Part shown: positions 42,327 to 53,373 of the stretch, piece by piece
Numbering within the stretch: the stretch's first letter is position 1
Layout of the letters: every line of letters begins with the position of its first letter
Assembly: GCA_963832055.1 (NCBI GenBank)
Contig: CAWHST010000004.1
Span: 39,278 to 103,277 of the forward strand
Reading direction: 5' to 3'
DNA: 64,000 nucleotides
DNA from: an uncultured Gemmatimonadales bacterium
GTDB lineage: Bacteria; Gemmatimonadota; Gemmatimonadetes; Gemmatimonadales; GWC2-71-9
Program-made: the position numbers and the translations under genes
The notes under the pieces: model-generated
Database searches by the model: none
What the model was told of the DNA's origin: nothing
What the model saw: only the letters and a program-made list of their open reading frames with translations

Positions 42327-43809
42327 CTATCGCGCTCGCCGCATGGCCATCGGCCACTGCTGGTACTGGCTCGCGGAGTACTCGACCGCGGCGCCGGGCT
42401 CCTCGACAATGCGCCGCACCATCGCGGTGTCCGGCGGACCGCCCGGGGTGAGATGCAGGCGGTACCAGCCGCGGCTGTGGAGCACGACGGTGCGCTCGCT
42501 GCCACGCCGTACCGGCGGGGCGGGGAACTCGAGCGTGGCGCGGTCGCCGGTATTGGGCATGGCGTGGTAGAGCGTGTCCGCGGTGGTGACCGCCGCCAGC
42601 ACCACGGGATCGGACGCCGAGTTGGGAGCGATGGTGTCCACCGTGAGCGGCTGGTTCGCGGCTGTAGTCGATGGCGAAATAGTTCAGAGCCCAGAACCCG
42701 CGCGGAGGACGGATCCGAATTCGCACCGAGTCGCCACGGACCTTGCTCAGGTCGAGAGGGACGACCCGTTCCGCGGCGAGGAACGGGCCGCTGCCCGGCA
42801 GGATGCCGCGCACCTGCCAACCGTCCGGCTCCTCCACTTGGAGCAGGAGGCCATAGAGCTCCTCGCGAACCGCCCAGGTGCGAACCGAATCCGCGGCCAA
42901 GGAGTCGGCGTCGACCTGAGCGTACCAGTCCTCCACCGCCGTGCCGCGCAGCTCCAGCATGGCGCGGATCATGTGCGATCCCCAGAGGGCCGTGCCGGTT
43001 CGGGAGACCAGCTTGGCGCGGGTGGCGCCGGCCGGGCGGGGGAAAGTGAGCACCACCTCGTCCCGCAATCCACCGGCGCTGTCCGCCAGCGGCAGCGGCT
43101 CCCAGATGCGACGGTCGTCGGCGGACAGCCAGTGGAGCAGGTCCTTGCCGGTGCGATCGACGGCGGCGGACGGCGGCAGCGGCCGGGAGAGGGTGTGCAG
43201 CCCGCCCCACTCGTCGGGTACGACCCGGAGCCCGGGCGCGTGGTCCACGGCCCAGAGCGAGAAGAGGTTGGTCATCTGGGTCTCGTTCACCTCGTTGGTG
43301 ACGAGCAGCCGGTAGGCGCCGCCTTCGCTCCGCAGGGTGGGGAGAACGCCGAAGTCGTCGCGCTCCAACCCGCGGGTGACGGCTCCGCCATACGGCTCGG
43401 CCTCGAAGACGTAGCGGGTGCCGTCCCAGGAGTAGACGAAGGGGCACGACTCCTTGGTGGCGGCCGCGATAACGGCGGCCACCAGTACCACTCCGGCCGC
43501 CACGCCGAGGACCGCGAAAACGGACTTGCCCACGTCGGTGCGCCGGAGCCACCAGCGCTGCACGCTGTCCACCGGGATCGCCATTGGCCGCGCCTCGACC
43601 GTGGCGTAGACCGTGTCGCCCCGAATGGCCGCGGCCGAATCGAAATCGTAGCCGATGCCCGCTAGGGTGGTTACACCCTCGATGGAATCTTCCGTGGGCG
43701 GTTGGGCCTCGACCGCCGGGACGGGCTTCACGCTGGTGCAGCCGGTGGAGTAATACAAGGAGAGCGGGAGAAGGATCAGCGCGATGGGACGTTGCAGCGG
43801 ACGGAGCAT
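42327..43809 (-). CDS. lipoprotein of unknown function, first gene of the ACP/KAS cluster (one frame correction ~42650)
   Basis: ATG 43809 preceded by GGGAGA. Lipobox LSLYYSTGC, a TM-like segment, then CPFVYSWDGTRYVFEAEPYGGAVTRGLERDDF. The C-terminus is in ORF 42327..42641. No family recognised. Confidence 0.55.
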
Positions 43810-43924
43810 TTGAGTCTCCCGCGTCGGCACTGCTGCATCTGTTGAGAGAGCGCTCGGGTGCGGCGTCGCCGTGCTGCCGAACCCAAGCTTGCGCAGATGC
43901 GGTCAAGCCAGAGTCAAGGATGGG

Positions 43925-44611
43925 CTAGGGCGCCTCCAGCCCCACCACCACCTCCGGCGCCATGCCCAGGAAGAGTCCCGTCTCCACCACACCGGCCCGG
44001 CGAGACAACACATCCGCAACCGCGAGCGGGTCCCCGATGCCGCCGGCGAACCGAGCATCGACGATGTAGTGCCCATCGTCCGTTACGAACGCCACCTCCT
44101 CTCCCCGGCGGGTCCGGAGCACCGGGTCGGCACCGAGGTCGCGGAGAAAGGCGAGGTGGGTGGCCCAACCGAAGGGCGTGACCACCACCGGCAGAGGGAC
44201 CCGCTCGCCGAGGCGGCGGACCAGTTTGTCCTGATCCACCACGATGACCAGTCGCCGCGAATGTGCCGCGACGATCTTCTCCCGCAACAGCGCGCCGCCA
44301 AGGCCTTTGATGAGGTCGCCGGTGGGGCTCACTTCGTCGGCGCCGTCGATGGTGAGGTCGACGCGGGGATCGGCCGGCAAGTCCGCGAGTGGGATACCCA
44401 CCTGACGCGCCAGGTCGCGGGTGGCGTTGGATGTCGGGATGCCGACGACGCCGGAGAGCCGCCCCGCCGCCAGACGCCGCCCGATCTCACGTACCGCGGC
44501 ACTGGCGGTCGCCCCCGAGCCGAGCCCCACCCGCATCCCGTCGCGTACGAGGTCTACCGCCCGCCGCGCGGCGTCGAGGTGCGCGGTCCGGGCCGGCGAC
44601 GCCTCCGTCAC
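43925..44611 (-). CDS. rpiA: ribose-5-phosphate isomerase A
   Basis: GTG 44611 overlaps the zwf TGA. Strings GLGSGATA, IDGADEV and KGLGGALLREKIVA, in the last 228 aa of ORF 43925..45655. Confidence 0.9.
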   Translation of the reverse strand: MTEASPARTAHLDAARRAVDLVRDGMRVGLGSGATASAAVREIGRRLAAGRLSGVVGIPTSNATRDLARQVGIPLADLPADPRVDLTIDGADEVSPTGDLIKGLGGALLREKIVAAHSRRLVIVVDQDKLVRRLGERVPLPVVVTPFGWATHLAFLRDLGADPVLRTRRGEEVAFVTDDGHYIVDARFAGGIGDPLAVADVLSRRAGVVETGLFLGMAPEVVVGLEAP

Positions 44612-46179
44612 GGCTGTCGCCAGCGGGCGCCGTCGCGCGCGATGAACTGGTCCGCGGCAGCCGGCCCCCAGCTCCCCGCCGCATAATTGGGGAACTTCGC
44701 GGGGGCCTGCCATGCCTCGATCACCGGATCGACCACCTCCCAGGCGGCCTCCACGGCATCGGCGCGGGTGAAGAGCGTGGCGTCCCCCACCATGCAGTCC
44801 AGCAGCAGCGTCTCGTACGCGGAGTGGGCGGCGGGGCCGAACGCCTCGGCGTAGCTGAAGTCCATCCGGGCCGCCGTCATCCGGACGCCGACCCCGGGGA
44901 TCTTGATGTCGAACGCGAGGGAGATCCCCTCCTGGGGCTGCACCCGGATCGCGATCACGTTGGGGGCGATGGTCTGGCCGCGATCCAGCGGGAACATCAG
45001 GTGGGGCGGCTCCCGAAACTGCACTGCGATCTCGGTGACCCGCCTGGCCATCCGCTTCCCCGAGCGGAGGAAGAACGGGACTCCGTGCCAGCGCCAGTTG
45101 TCCACCAGGAGCCTGAGGCTCCCCCAGGTTGCCGTATTCGATGCCGGGTCCACGTCGGGTTCCTGCCGGTAGCCGGGCACCTTGACACCCTCGATGGTGC
45201 CGGGCCCGTACTGGCCTCGCACCGAATGGTCGTGGATCTCCGCGGCCGGCACGCGGCGGATGGCGCGGAGCACCTTGGTCTTCTCGTCCCGGACGGCGTC
45301 GGCCTGAAAAGCGACCGGCGGCTCCATGGCAGTGAGGCACATGAGCTGGAGGAGGTGATTCTGGAACATGTCGCGCACCACCCCGGCCTCCTCGTAATAG
45401 CCCGCGCGGTGCTCGACGCCGACGGTCTCCGCGGCGGTGATCTGCACGTGGTGAATGTGCTGGCGATTCCACACCGGTTCGAAGATGGAGTTCGCGAACC
45501 GGAAGACCATGAGGTTCTGCACCGTCTCCTTGCCGAGGTAGTGGTCGATCCGGTAGACCTGGTGCTCGGCGAACGCCGCGCTCACGGCGCGGTTCAGCGC
45601 CCGCGCGCTCTCGAGATCGTGCCCGAACGGCTTTTCGATCACCAGGCGCACCCACGGACGGACCGACCGGTGGGCGACCCGCTCCGCCACACCGCTGCGC
45701 ACCAGGTGGGTGACGGTGTCGCCGTAGACGCTGGGTGGGATGGCCAGGTAGAAGAGCCTGCCGTCGCTCTGGCGCCGGGCCGACTCGATCGCACCGAGCC
45801 GGTCGCCCAGCGACGCGTAGGTGGCGCTGGTGGTGAGGTCGCCCTGGACGTAGCTCAACCGCGGCGCGAAGCGGGCCCAGGCCTCGTCGTCGATCTCGCC
45901 GGCCGGACTCGGGTCGTCGGCGTCGCGAGCCGATTCATAGACCAGGCGCCTGAAGGCCTCGTCCGTCATCGGGCTTCGCGCCACGCCGACCAGGGCGAAG
46001 TCCTCGTCGAGCATCCCATCGCAGTGGAGATGAAAGAGCGCCGGAAAGAGTTTCCGTTTGGCGAGGTCCCCCGCGGCGCCGAAGATCACCACGGTACAGG
46101 CGTCGCCCCGCTTGAGCGGCTGCGCCACGGCGGGCTCATCGCACCGGGCCGGGGCGATCACCTCGGCCGGGATGGTCAT
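44608..46179 (-). CDS. zwf: glucose-6-phosphate dehydrogenase
   Basis: ATG 46179 overlaps the gnd TGA (ATGA). Strings VIFGAAGDLAKRKLFPAL, EKPFG, YRIDHYLGKE. Intact. Confidence 0.95.
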   Translation of the reverse strand: MTIPAEVIAPARCDEPAVAQPLKRGDACTVVIFGAAGDLAKRKLFPALFHLHCDGMLDEDFALVGVARSPMTDEAFRRLVYESARDADDPSPAGEIDDEAWARFAPRLSYVQGDLTTSATYASLGDRLGAIESARRQSDGRLFYLAIPPSVYGDTVTHLVRSGVAERVAHRSVRPWVRLVIEKPFGHDLESARALNRAVSAAFAEHQVYRIDHYLGKETVQNLMVFRFANSIFEPVWNRQHIHHVQITAAETVGVEHRAGYYEEAGVVRDMFQNHLLQLMCLTAMEPPVAFQADAVRDEKTKVLRAIRRVPAAEIHDHSVRGQYGPGTIEGVKVPGYRQEPDVDPASNTATWGSLRLLVDNWRWHGVPFFLRSGKRMARRVTEIAVQFREPPHLMFPLDRGQTIAPNVIAIRVQPQEGISLAFDIKIPGVGVRMTAARMDFSYAEAFGPAAHSAYETLLLDCMVGDATLFTRADAVEAAWEVVDPVIEAWQAPAKFPNYAAGSWGPAAADQFIARDGARWRQP

Positions 46180-47075
46180 GCCTGCTTCACCGCGTGGCCG
46201 CCGAACTGGTTCCTGAGCGCGGCGATGACCTTGGCGGAGAACGATTCGTCCTGCCGCGACGCGAAGCGCATCAGCAGCGAAAGGGTGATGACCGGCGCCG
46301 GCACGCTCTGGTCGATGGCCTCCTGCACCGTCCACCGGCCCTCACCCGAGTCGTCCACGTATCCCCGGATGTCGGCCAGGTCGGCGCTGTCGGCGAAGGC
46401 GCGCTCCGCGAGCTCGTTGAGCCAGGAGCGGACCACGCTCCCCCGGTTCCAGACCGCGGCGATCTGGTGCAGGTCGAGCTCGAAGTCCTTGGAATGGTGC
46501 AGGATCTCATAGCCTTCGGCGTACGCCTGGAGCATGCCGTACTCGATCCCGTTGTGCACCATCTTGACGTAGTGCCCCGCGCCGGTCGGGCCGACGTGGG
46601 CGAAGCCGGCCTCCGGCGCCAGCGATCGGAAGACCGGCTCGACGCGCCCGACGGCGGCCTTGCTGCCCCCGACCATCAGGCAGTAGCCGTTCTCGAGCCC
46701 CCAGATGCCGCCGCTGGTGCCGGCGTCGATGAGCTCGAGTCCCCGGGCCTGGAGGGCGGCCCCCCGCCGGATCGTATCGTGGAAGTTGGAATTGCCGCCG
46801 TCGATGATGATGTCGCCCTTGGCCAGTCCCGGCAGCACCTGCTCTATGGTCTGATCCACCGGCGCACCGGCGGGGACCATGAGCCAGACGACGCGCGGGG
46901 TCTGCAGGCGGCTCACGAGGTCGGCGAGATCTTTGGCGCCCTCCGCGCCTTCGCCCGCGAGCTCGGTGACGGTCTCGGCGCTTCGATCCCACACCACGGT
47001 CTCGTGCCCGTCCCGGAGCAGGCGGCGAACCATGTTGCCACCCATCCTCCCGAGGCCCACCATCGCCAGTCTCAT
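46176..47075 (-). CDS. gnd: 6-phosphogluconate dehydrogenase, decarboxylating (short form)
   Basis: From ATG 47075: MRLAMVGLGRMGGNMVRRL, IIIDGGNS, GTSGG, HYVKMVHNGIEYG. Intact. Confidence 0.9.
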   Translation of the reverse strand: MRLAMVGLGRMGGNMVRRLLRDGHETVVWDRSAETVTELAGEGAEGAKDLADLVSRLQTPRVVWLMVPAGAPVDQTIEQVLPGLAKGDIIIDGGNSNFHDTIRRGAALQARGLELIDAGTSGGIWGLENGYCLMVGGSKAAVGRVEPVFRSLAPEAGFAHVGPTGAGHYVKMVHNGIEYGMLQAYAEGYEILHHSKDFELDLHQIAAVWNRGSVVRSWLNELAERAFADSADLADIRGYVDDSGEGRWTVQEAIDQSVPAPVITLSLLMRFASRQDESFSAKVIAALRNQFGGHAVKQA

Positions 47076-47216
47076 GACTCTCGTCTCCCGTAATCCGGCG
47101 TGGCCGCCCAAAGTCCGCCTACTGCCTCAAAGATAGTGACGAGGTCGAAAATGGAGGGGTCGCGAACGAGCCATCCGAGCGCCATCTTTCTCAAGCACTG
47201 GTCCGCAGGAGCCAAC

Positions 47217-47489
47217 ATGTCAGAACAGTCTCTCCGGGCACTGGTGGCGGCTCTCCGCTCGGAGCTCGCCCACGCGCACGACCTCGATGCGGATGCGCGA
47301 GAGGTGTTGCACAGCCTGGCCCGGGAGGTCGAGGCAGTCCTTCAAAGCCCACCCCCGGGCTCCCCGGTGGTGGAGCCAACTTTGCGCGATCGTCTCGCCG
47401 ATCGTGTGAGGGAGCTCGAGGTGTCACACCCGAAACTCTCGAGGACCGTCGGCAACATCGTTGACACCTTGGCCTTCTACAACCTCTAG
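47217..47489 (+). CDS. DUF4404 family protein
   Basis: ATG 47217 within ORF 47100..47489: MSEQSLRALVAALRSEL..., C-terminus HPKLSRTVGNIVDTLAFYNL. Confidence 0.6.
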   Translation: MSEQSLRALVAALRSELAHAHDLDADAREVLHSLAREVEAVLQSPPPGSPVVEPTLRDRLADRVRELEVSHPKLSRTVGNIVDTLAFYNL

Positions 47490-47515
47490 CGCGCCTCGAT
47501 CCCACCGGTACCTCC

Positions 47516-48418
47516 GTGGCCCGGCCATCCGCCTCGGTGTTGACGGGGGCGCAGACAGCGCCGGCCAGGTCACCACAACCAAGGCGCGGGCCCGTGTCCC
47601 CTTTGCTCCGTCGAACCCCGCCCAGGAATGCCACACTCACCGCCCGGAACACCGATCGCCATGACCTGTACCAGCGCGCGGTTCAGGATGTGAAAGCGGA
47701 GGGGCGATTCCTGTCCGGAACATTCGAGAGGATCGCGGGGCGCAAGGCCAAGTCATTGCGGGAGGACTTCTGTGGAACGGCCCTCCTCTGCGCCGAGTGG
47801 GTGAAGACGCGGGATCGCACCGCGGTCGGCGTGGATCTCGATCCGGAGGTGCTCGCCTGGGGCGCCGAACACAATCGCGCGCCACTCGGCCCCCGTGCCT
47901 CCTCCCTCCGGCTCCTCAGGCAGGACGTGAGGGCGCCCTGTCGCGGCCGGTTCGACGTGAGCGTGGCGCTGAACTTCAGCTACTTCGTCTTCCGCACGCG
48001 TGATGGCCTCCGGAAATACTTCGCGGGCGTGCGTCGCTTCATGGCCGCGGACGGCATCTTCGTGCTCGATGCCTACGGGGGGTACCAGTCCTGGCGCCCC
48101 CAGACTGAGCGGCGGAAGCTCCGTGGTTTCACCTATGTATGGGAGCAGTCCCGGGTGGATCCCATCGATCACTCGGTAGTGAATCACATCCACTTCGAGT
48201 TCACGAATGGCTCCCGCATCCGGCGAGCATTCACCTACCACTGGCGGCTATGGACCCTGCCGGAGATCCAGGAGCTGCTGGCCGAGGCAGGCTTCTCGCG
48301 CTCGATGGTGTATTGGGAAGACCGCGACGCTAACAAGGACGGCACCGGCCGGTACCGTGCGAGGACCCATGTGGCCCAGGAACCGGCTTGGGTCGCCTAC
48401 ATCGTCGCGGAGCGATGA
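47516..48418 (+). CDS. class I SAM-dependent methyltransferase
   Basis: Motif I context SLREDFCGTALLCAEW..AVGVDLD and a post-I acidic residue. Intact ORF, but the true start is unclear (the first ~40 aa look non-coding). Confidence 0.7.
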   Translation: MARPSASVLTGAQTAPARSPQPRRGPVSPLLRRTPPRNATLTARNTDRHDLYQRAVQDVKAEGRFLSGTFERIAGRKAKSLREDFCGTALLCAEWVKTRDRTAVGVDLDPEVLAWGAEHNRAPLGPRASSLRLLRQDVRAPCRGRFDVSVALNFSYFVFRTRDGLRKYFAGVRRFMAADGIFVLDAYGGYQSWRPQTERRKLRGFTYVWEQSRVDPIDHSVVNHIHFEFTNGSRIRRAFTYHWRLWTLPEIQELLAEAGFSRSMVYWEDRDANKDGTGRYRARTHVAQEPAWVAYIVAER

Positions 48419-48523
48419 GGCCCCGCGCCGCGACTCCCACCCGCTGGCGTAACGCCAATCCAAGGAACATGTTGCACCTGGGTCCATGGCCGTCCCCGCA
48501 TTCCAGCGCCCGACGGAGGTCCG

Positions 48524-49240
48524 TTGATCATCTCGGTCAAGAACCACTCCCGCATTCCCGATGAAGAAGTTCTGGCCACGGTTCGGGCGGTCAACCGCCA
48601 GATCGCGGAGGACTTCGAGCCCTATTGGGACCTCGGCGCCATCCTCCGCGTCACCGATCCCAAGGCCAAGCCGCTTCAGGCGGACGCGATCATCCGCATC
48701 TATCCGCACGGCCACGACTACCACTGGACCCCGACCGGCCTGCCCGAAGGCCACGTCTTCACCACACTGACCGCGCTGGCCCGGGAATCGGTTCCCTGGC
48801 TCACCTGGACCACCTCGCTGTCCCACGAGGCGCTCGAGCTGATCGCCGACCCCCAACTCAACATTCTGGTGCAGGGCCCCCATCCCGTGCAGCGCAGACG
48901 GCTGGTGTTCCACTACCGCGAGGTCTGCGATCCGGTCCAGAGCGAGACCTACCGGATCGACGGGATCACTGTCTCGAACTTCGTCCTCCCGCACTACTAC
49001 AACAGCCTGGGCGAATCCGGCGGCCGGAACGACTTTCTCGGCACCGGGCTCCAGGCCTTTCGCTGGAACGAGAACGGCATAATCGGATTCTGGGACCCCC
49101 GCCAAGGCCCGCGCGGCAAGTACGTCACCTGGCCTCAGTACGACCGGAGCCACGTAGTCGCCCAGCACTATCGCCTGAAGGGACCCACCGGCCGCCTGTA
49201 CCGGTACGCTCACCCGAGGGTAAGTGGACCTTCTCGCTAG
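48524..49240 (+). CDS. hypothetical protein (no family recognised)
   Basis: Intact 238-aa ORF. TTG start with GGAGG 4 nt upstream. Non-shadow amino-acid composition. It overlaps the STK3 start by 17 nt. Confidence 0.6.
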   Translation: MIISVKNHSRIPDEEVLATVRAVNRQIAEDFEPYWDLGAILRVTDPKAKPLQADAIIRIYPHGHDYHWTPTGLPEGHVFTTLTALARESVPWLTWTTSLSHEALELIADPQLNILVQGPHPVQRRRLVFHYREVCDPVQSETYRIDGITVSNFVLPHYYNSLGESGGRNDFLGTGLQAFRWNENGIIGFWDPRQGPRGKYVTWPQYDRSHVVAQHYRLKGPTGRLYRYAHPRVSGPSR

Positions 49241-52129
49241 GCTGAAGGCCGCTCTGGCCGGAACCTATCGGATCGAGCGCGAGCTCGGCTCCGGCGGCAT
49301 GGCCACCGTGTACCTCGCGCGGGATCTTCGGCACGACCGAGACGTGGCGATCAAGGTGATGCTGCCGAAAGTGGCGGCCGCGCTCTCCCCCGAGCGGTTC
49401 CTCCAGGAAATCCACATCGCGGCCCAGTTGCAGCACCCCCTCATCCTTCCGCTCTTCGATTCGGGACAGGCCGACGAGCTCTACTACTACGTCATGCCTC
49501 GGATCGTCGGGGAGTCACTCCGGCAGCGACTGCTTCGGGAGAAGCGTCTTCCGCTGGCGGAGGCGGTCCAGATCGGGCGCGAGATCGCCGAGGCGCTCGA
49601 GTATGCCCACGGCAAAGGCGTGGTCCATCGCGATATCAAGCCCGAGAACATCATGCTCACCGGCGGTCACCCGCTGGTGGCCGATTTCGGCATCGCCCGG
49701 GCGCTCGGCGTCTCCGGGGACGAGAGGCTGACGTCCACCGGAATGCGGTTCGGCACGCCGCTCTATATGAGTCCGGAGCAGGCGTTGGGCGACCCCGGGC
49801 TCGACGCCCGCAGCGACATCTACTCGCTGGGCTGCGTGATCTATGAGATGATCGGCGGCTCGCCGCCCTACACCGGGGCCAGCCTGCACGCCGTCCTCTC
49901 CGGGCACGTGGCGGGCAAGTTGCCGCCGCTGACCACCCAGCGAATCGGCATTCCCGCCGGACTCCGGGCCACGGTCGAGACCGCCCTGGCCCGGGAGCCG
50001 GCGGATCGTTTCCAGACCGCCGAGGAATTCGCGCGGGCGCTGGCCGACCCGTCCTGGTCCGGCAGCAGCCGCCGGCGTTGGACTCCCGTGCTCGGGCAAC
50101 GGCGCTCGGACGAATCGGACTCGGGCGAGTTGCGGTCACCGTGGCGGCCGGTGGCGCTGTCATCGTGGCTGCCTGGGCCATGTGGTCGCGGTTGAGCCCG
50201 CGTCCGGCGCTGGATTCCAATCTCGTTGCGGTCGCGCCGTTCGACGCGTTGGGGCCGGGCCTCGAGCTCTGGCGCGAGGGGCTGATGGACATGCTGTCCC
50301 GCAACCTCAACGGCGCGGGGCCTCTTCGGGTGGTATCACCTACGGTCGTGGCCCGTAACTGGTCCGGTCGAGCTGACATCGCCTCGGCGCGGCAGGTGGG
50401 CCTCGAGACCGGGGCCGGGCTCAGCGTGGTCGGGTCCATCGTGGCCGCCGGACCGGATTCGGTGCGGCTCGCGGTCACGGTGGTAGACGTCGCCACCGCG
50501 GAGCCGCTGGGTGATGTGGAATTCGGGGGAGCGGTTTCGCGGATGGACGTCGCCGTGGATTCGCTCACGATGGGCCTGCTCGCCGCGCTCGCCCGGACCC
50601 GCCAGATCGGCGCCGTCCACCTCGGCGCTACCCGGTCGAGCTCGCTCCCGGCCCTCAAGGCCTATCTGCAGGGGGAGCAGTATTTCCGCCGGGCCGAATG
50701 GGATGCGGCACAAAGAGATTTCGAGCGCGCCGCGAGCCTCGACCCGAACTTCGCTCTCGCGTTCTACCGGATCTTTCAGACCCGTTTCTACAAGGGCACC
50801 GGGCGCGACTCACTGATGTGGTCCTACGCTCTCCGGGCGGGCGAGCTGAACCGGGGACTGGCGCCTCGGGAGAGCCTGATGATCGCGGCGGACTCCCTCC
50901 TGGCCGCCGTCAGCGACGCCCCTGCCCTGGACGCCGAAGCCCAGCGCCACCGGAAGCGGGTCTTCGCGATCCTGGAGCTGGCCAATCGACGGTTTCCCGA
51001 GGACGCAGAGGTCTGGTACCAACTGGGCCGTGCCCGAGCCCGGATCGGGTACTTGATCGGCGTGCAGCCGGAGCAGGCGCTGCAGGCGCTGGACCGCGCC
51101 ATCGTACTCGACTCCTCTTTCGCGCCCGCGTACGTGGAGGCGTTCGCCTTCTCGACTGTGGCGAGAGGGCAGGAAGCAACCCGGCGGTATCTGAAGGCGT
51201 ACCTGGCGGTCGCTCCGAAAGGCATCCTGGCGGACGTGGCCCGGCTCGCTCTCGACCTAATGGATCCGAGACGCTCCGGGTCCGACGCCGTGGCCAGCAC
51301 GCTGGATACAGCCTCGGCCCGGATGCTCTATCACACGGCGAACATCTTCGAGTACGCCGCCGACTCCACCGAGACTTACATTCGCCTCGGACGCCACCTG
51401 GTGGAGCGCGCTCCCGATCCCAGCCTCGCGGCCGACCCGGCTCTGCCCCGCCGGGTGCTCGGCTTCGGCCTCGCGTTCCGGGGACACATGGCCGAAGCGC
51501 TGCGCATCCTCGGAACCGACCGGCTCTACCTCGTCTCCCAGGCCGCGGCGCTCGGTGGGATGCCGCGTGACAGCGCGAGGGCGGTGTTCGATCCGCTGCT
51601 TCGCGACGACCCCGCGCCGCTGGCTGATTTGGTCTTCGCCCTGCCGTGGTGGTCGAAGGAGCGCGATACCAGCGCGCTCAGCCGCGCCATAGACCTCGCC
51701 GGCCGGCAAGCGAAGCGGGTGCCCACGGCCCGGTTTCTTGCCGAGGCTGCTCGAGCCTGGCACACTCTTGCCGTCGGCGACAGCGTCGCGGCGCTCAGCC
51801 AGTTTCTGCAGCTGCCGGATTTCCCGAACTACTCCGGCATCGGCGACTGGGAGCGCTACACGGCGATCCGTCTCCTCAACGACGCCGGCCGCTTCCATGA
51901 GGCGCGCACCCGGCTCGACCGCGAGATCCCGAGCACGGCGTTCCCCTGGGACGTCGTGCTCTTGCTGGAACGGGCTCGTGCCATGGAGGGGCTCGGGCAA
52001 CCCACCGTGGCGGCGGATCAGTACGCCCGGGTCGCCGATCTGTGGGCGAGAGGCGATTCGGCACTGCAACCCCTCGTCTCCTCGGCTCGGGCCGCTTCCC
52101 TGCGACTGCGCCGGGCCGGTGGCCCCTAG
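49224..52129 (+). CDS. Ser/Thr protein kinase with TM segment, periplasmic domain and TPR-like region (STK3; one frame correction ~50090)
   Basis: GTG 49224. Strings TYRIERELGSGGMATVYLARDLRHDRDVAIKV, HRDIKPENIM, DFGIAR, MSPEQ. TM segment in ORF 50078.. (VAVTVAAGGAVIVAAWAMW), then LVAVAPFDALG.. and helical repeats to TAG 52127-52129. Confidence 0.85.
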
Positions 52130-53373
52130 GCCGGCCTTGCCGGTGGCGCCACCAGGAGCACCGAGGGCCGGGCAGGGTCGGCCAGCCCGAGGAAGAAGTA
52201 CCCGATGCCGGCGAGCCCGATCATCAGCGAGGGGTTGCTGCCCCGCCGAACGCCACAGGGCCAACCCAGCGGGTCCTCCGCAAACCGGGCCGCCGCCGCG
52301 GCTGCCGCTTCCCATACCAGCTCTCCGATCGCGGGCTGGCCGAACCCGCGAGACGCGTAGCGAAGCACCTCTCCCAGTCCGGCACGACCATGACAGAGAG
52401 AGAAGTCGCCATCGATCCAGCCATCGCGATCGGCCATGGAGGATCGGGTGGTCCGAATCGCCGCCTCGGCATCCTTCCGATGAGCATCGAATCCGAGCTC
52501 GACCGCACGCAAACGGGTGAGCCCGATCCCCGGTGCCCCGTGACACCACGCCACACAAGCCGGCGCGTCGTCGCCGTCCTCCTCCCGGAAGTCCGGCCAG
52601 TTGTTCTCCGACGGGCGAAACCAACGGTTCTCGTAGCGGAAGGCCTGATGCGCCGCCTCGATCATCTCGTCCTCGCCGGTGGCGCTGCCCAGCTCGAGCA
52701 GCGACCACCCTATGCCCGCGGCCCCGTGCGCCAGTCCGGTGAGCGGGCGGCAGGCCTCGATTCCTGCCGCTACCGGCCATGACCACCCGTCGTCGCTTCT
52801 GGTCGCGGCCGCAACCGTCTGGCGGCCCAGCCGCATCGCGAGATCGCGGAACGCCGGTCGGTCGAGCAGGGTGGCCAGCGCCAGCAGCGGAGCAATCGCT
52901 CCAGTGCCTCCGGTGAGGGGGTCAGCCACCAGATCGCCATCCGCCGCGTCGCTCAGGCGGTCGAGCAGCGCGATCGACCGGGCTTCCAGGTCGGAGCGCT
53001 CCAGCGACCGGCCGATCATCGCAGCGGCGTAGGCGATGCCCACTTCGCCGGTGTAGAAGCTGGCCCGTGTGGGCGGCGGGATCGTATCGAGCCGGTCCAG
53101 CGCATGACCGATCGCGGCGAGCGCCATGTTCCGCCATCGCCGGTGCGGGCTTCGCCGGCAGGCTTCGGCGAGGAAGAGGGCCACGCCCGAGCTGCCGCCA
53201 TACAGGTCGGGGCCGAGGGTTCCGTAGGTGAAATCCACCTGGTCGGAGCCGTCTTCGGCGTCCTGGGTCATGCCCATCCAGGTGCATCTGTCACCGTGAT
53301 GGAATGCGGTGTCGCACAGGTGATCCGCGATGCGTGCCGCGACCGAGAGCGCCGCCTGGGCATCGAAGGTCAT
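52126..53373 (-). CDS. LanC-like lanthionine cyclase (stand-alone)
   Basis: Intact 415-aa ORF. Strings GLAHGAAGIGW, ACVAWCHGAPGIG and FSLCHGRAGLG (Cys/Cys-His zinc-ligand motifs), with GG-containing alpha-toroid repeats. ATG 53373 overlaps the upstream TGA (ATGA). Confidence 0.85.
   Translation of the reverse strand: MTFDAQAALSVAARIADHLCDTAFHHGDRCTWMGMTQDAEDGSDQVDFTYGTLGPDLYGGSSGVALFLAEACRRSPHRRWRNMALAAIGHALDRLDTIPPPTRASFYTGEVGIAYAAAMIGRSLERSDLEARSIALLDRLSDAADGDLVADPLTGGTGAIAPLLALATLLDRPAFRDLAMRLGRQTVAAATRSDDGWSWPVAAGIEACRPLTGLAHGAAGIGWSLLELGSATGEDEMIEAAHQAFRYENRWFRPSENNWPDFREEDGDDAPACVAWCHGAPGIGLTRLRAVELGFDAHRKDAEAAIRTTRSSMADRDGWIDGDFSLCHGRAGLGEVLRYASRGFGQPAIGELVWEAAAAAAARFAEDPLGWPCGVRRGSNPSLMIGLAGIGYFFLGLADPARPSVLLVAPPARPA

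Noticed and set aside
52126-52129. The convergent STK3 and LanC genes share overlapping stop codons within the palindrome CTAG.
   Set aside because: This is a curiosity of tight packing. There is no evidence of function beyond the lack of an intergenic terminator.
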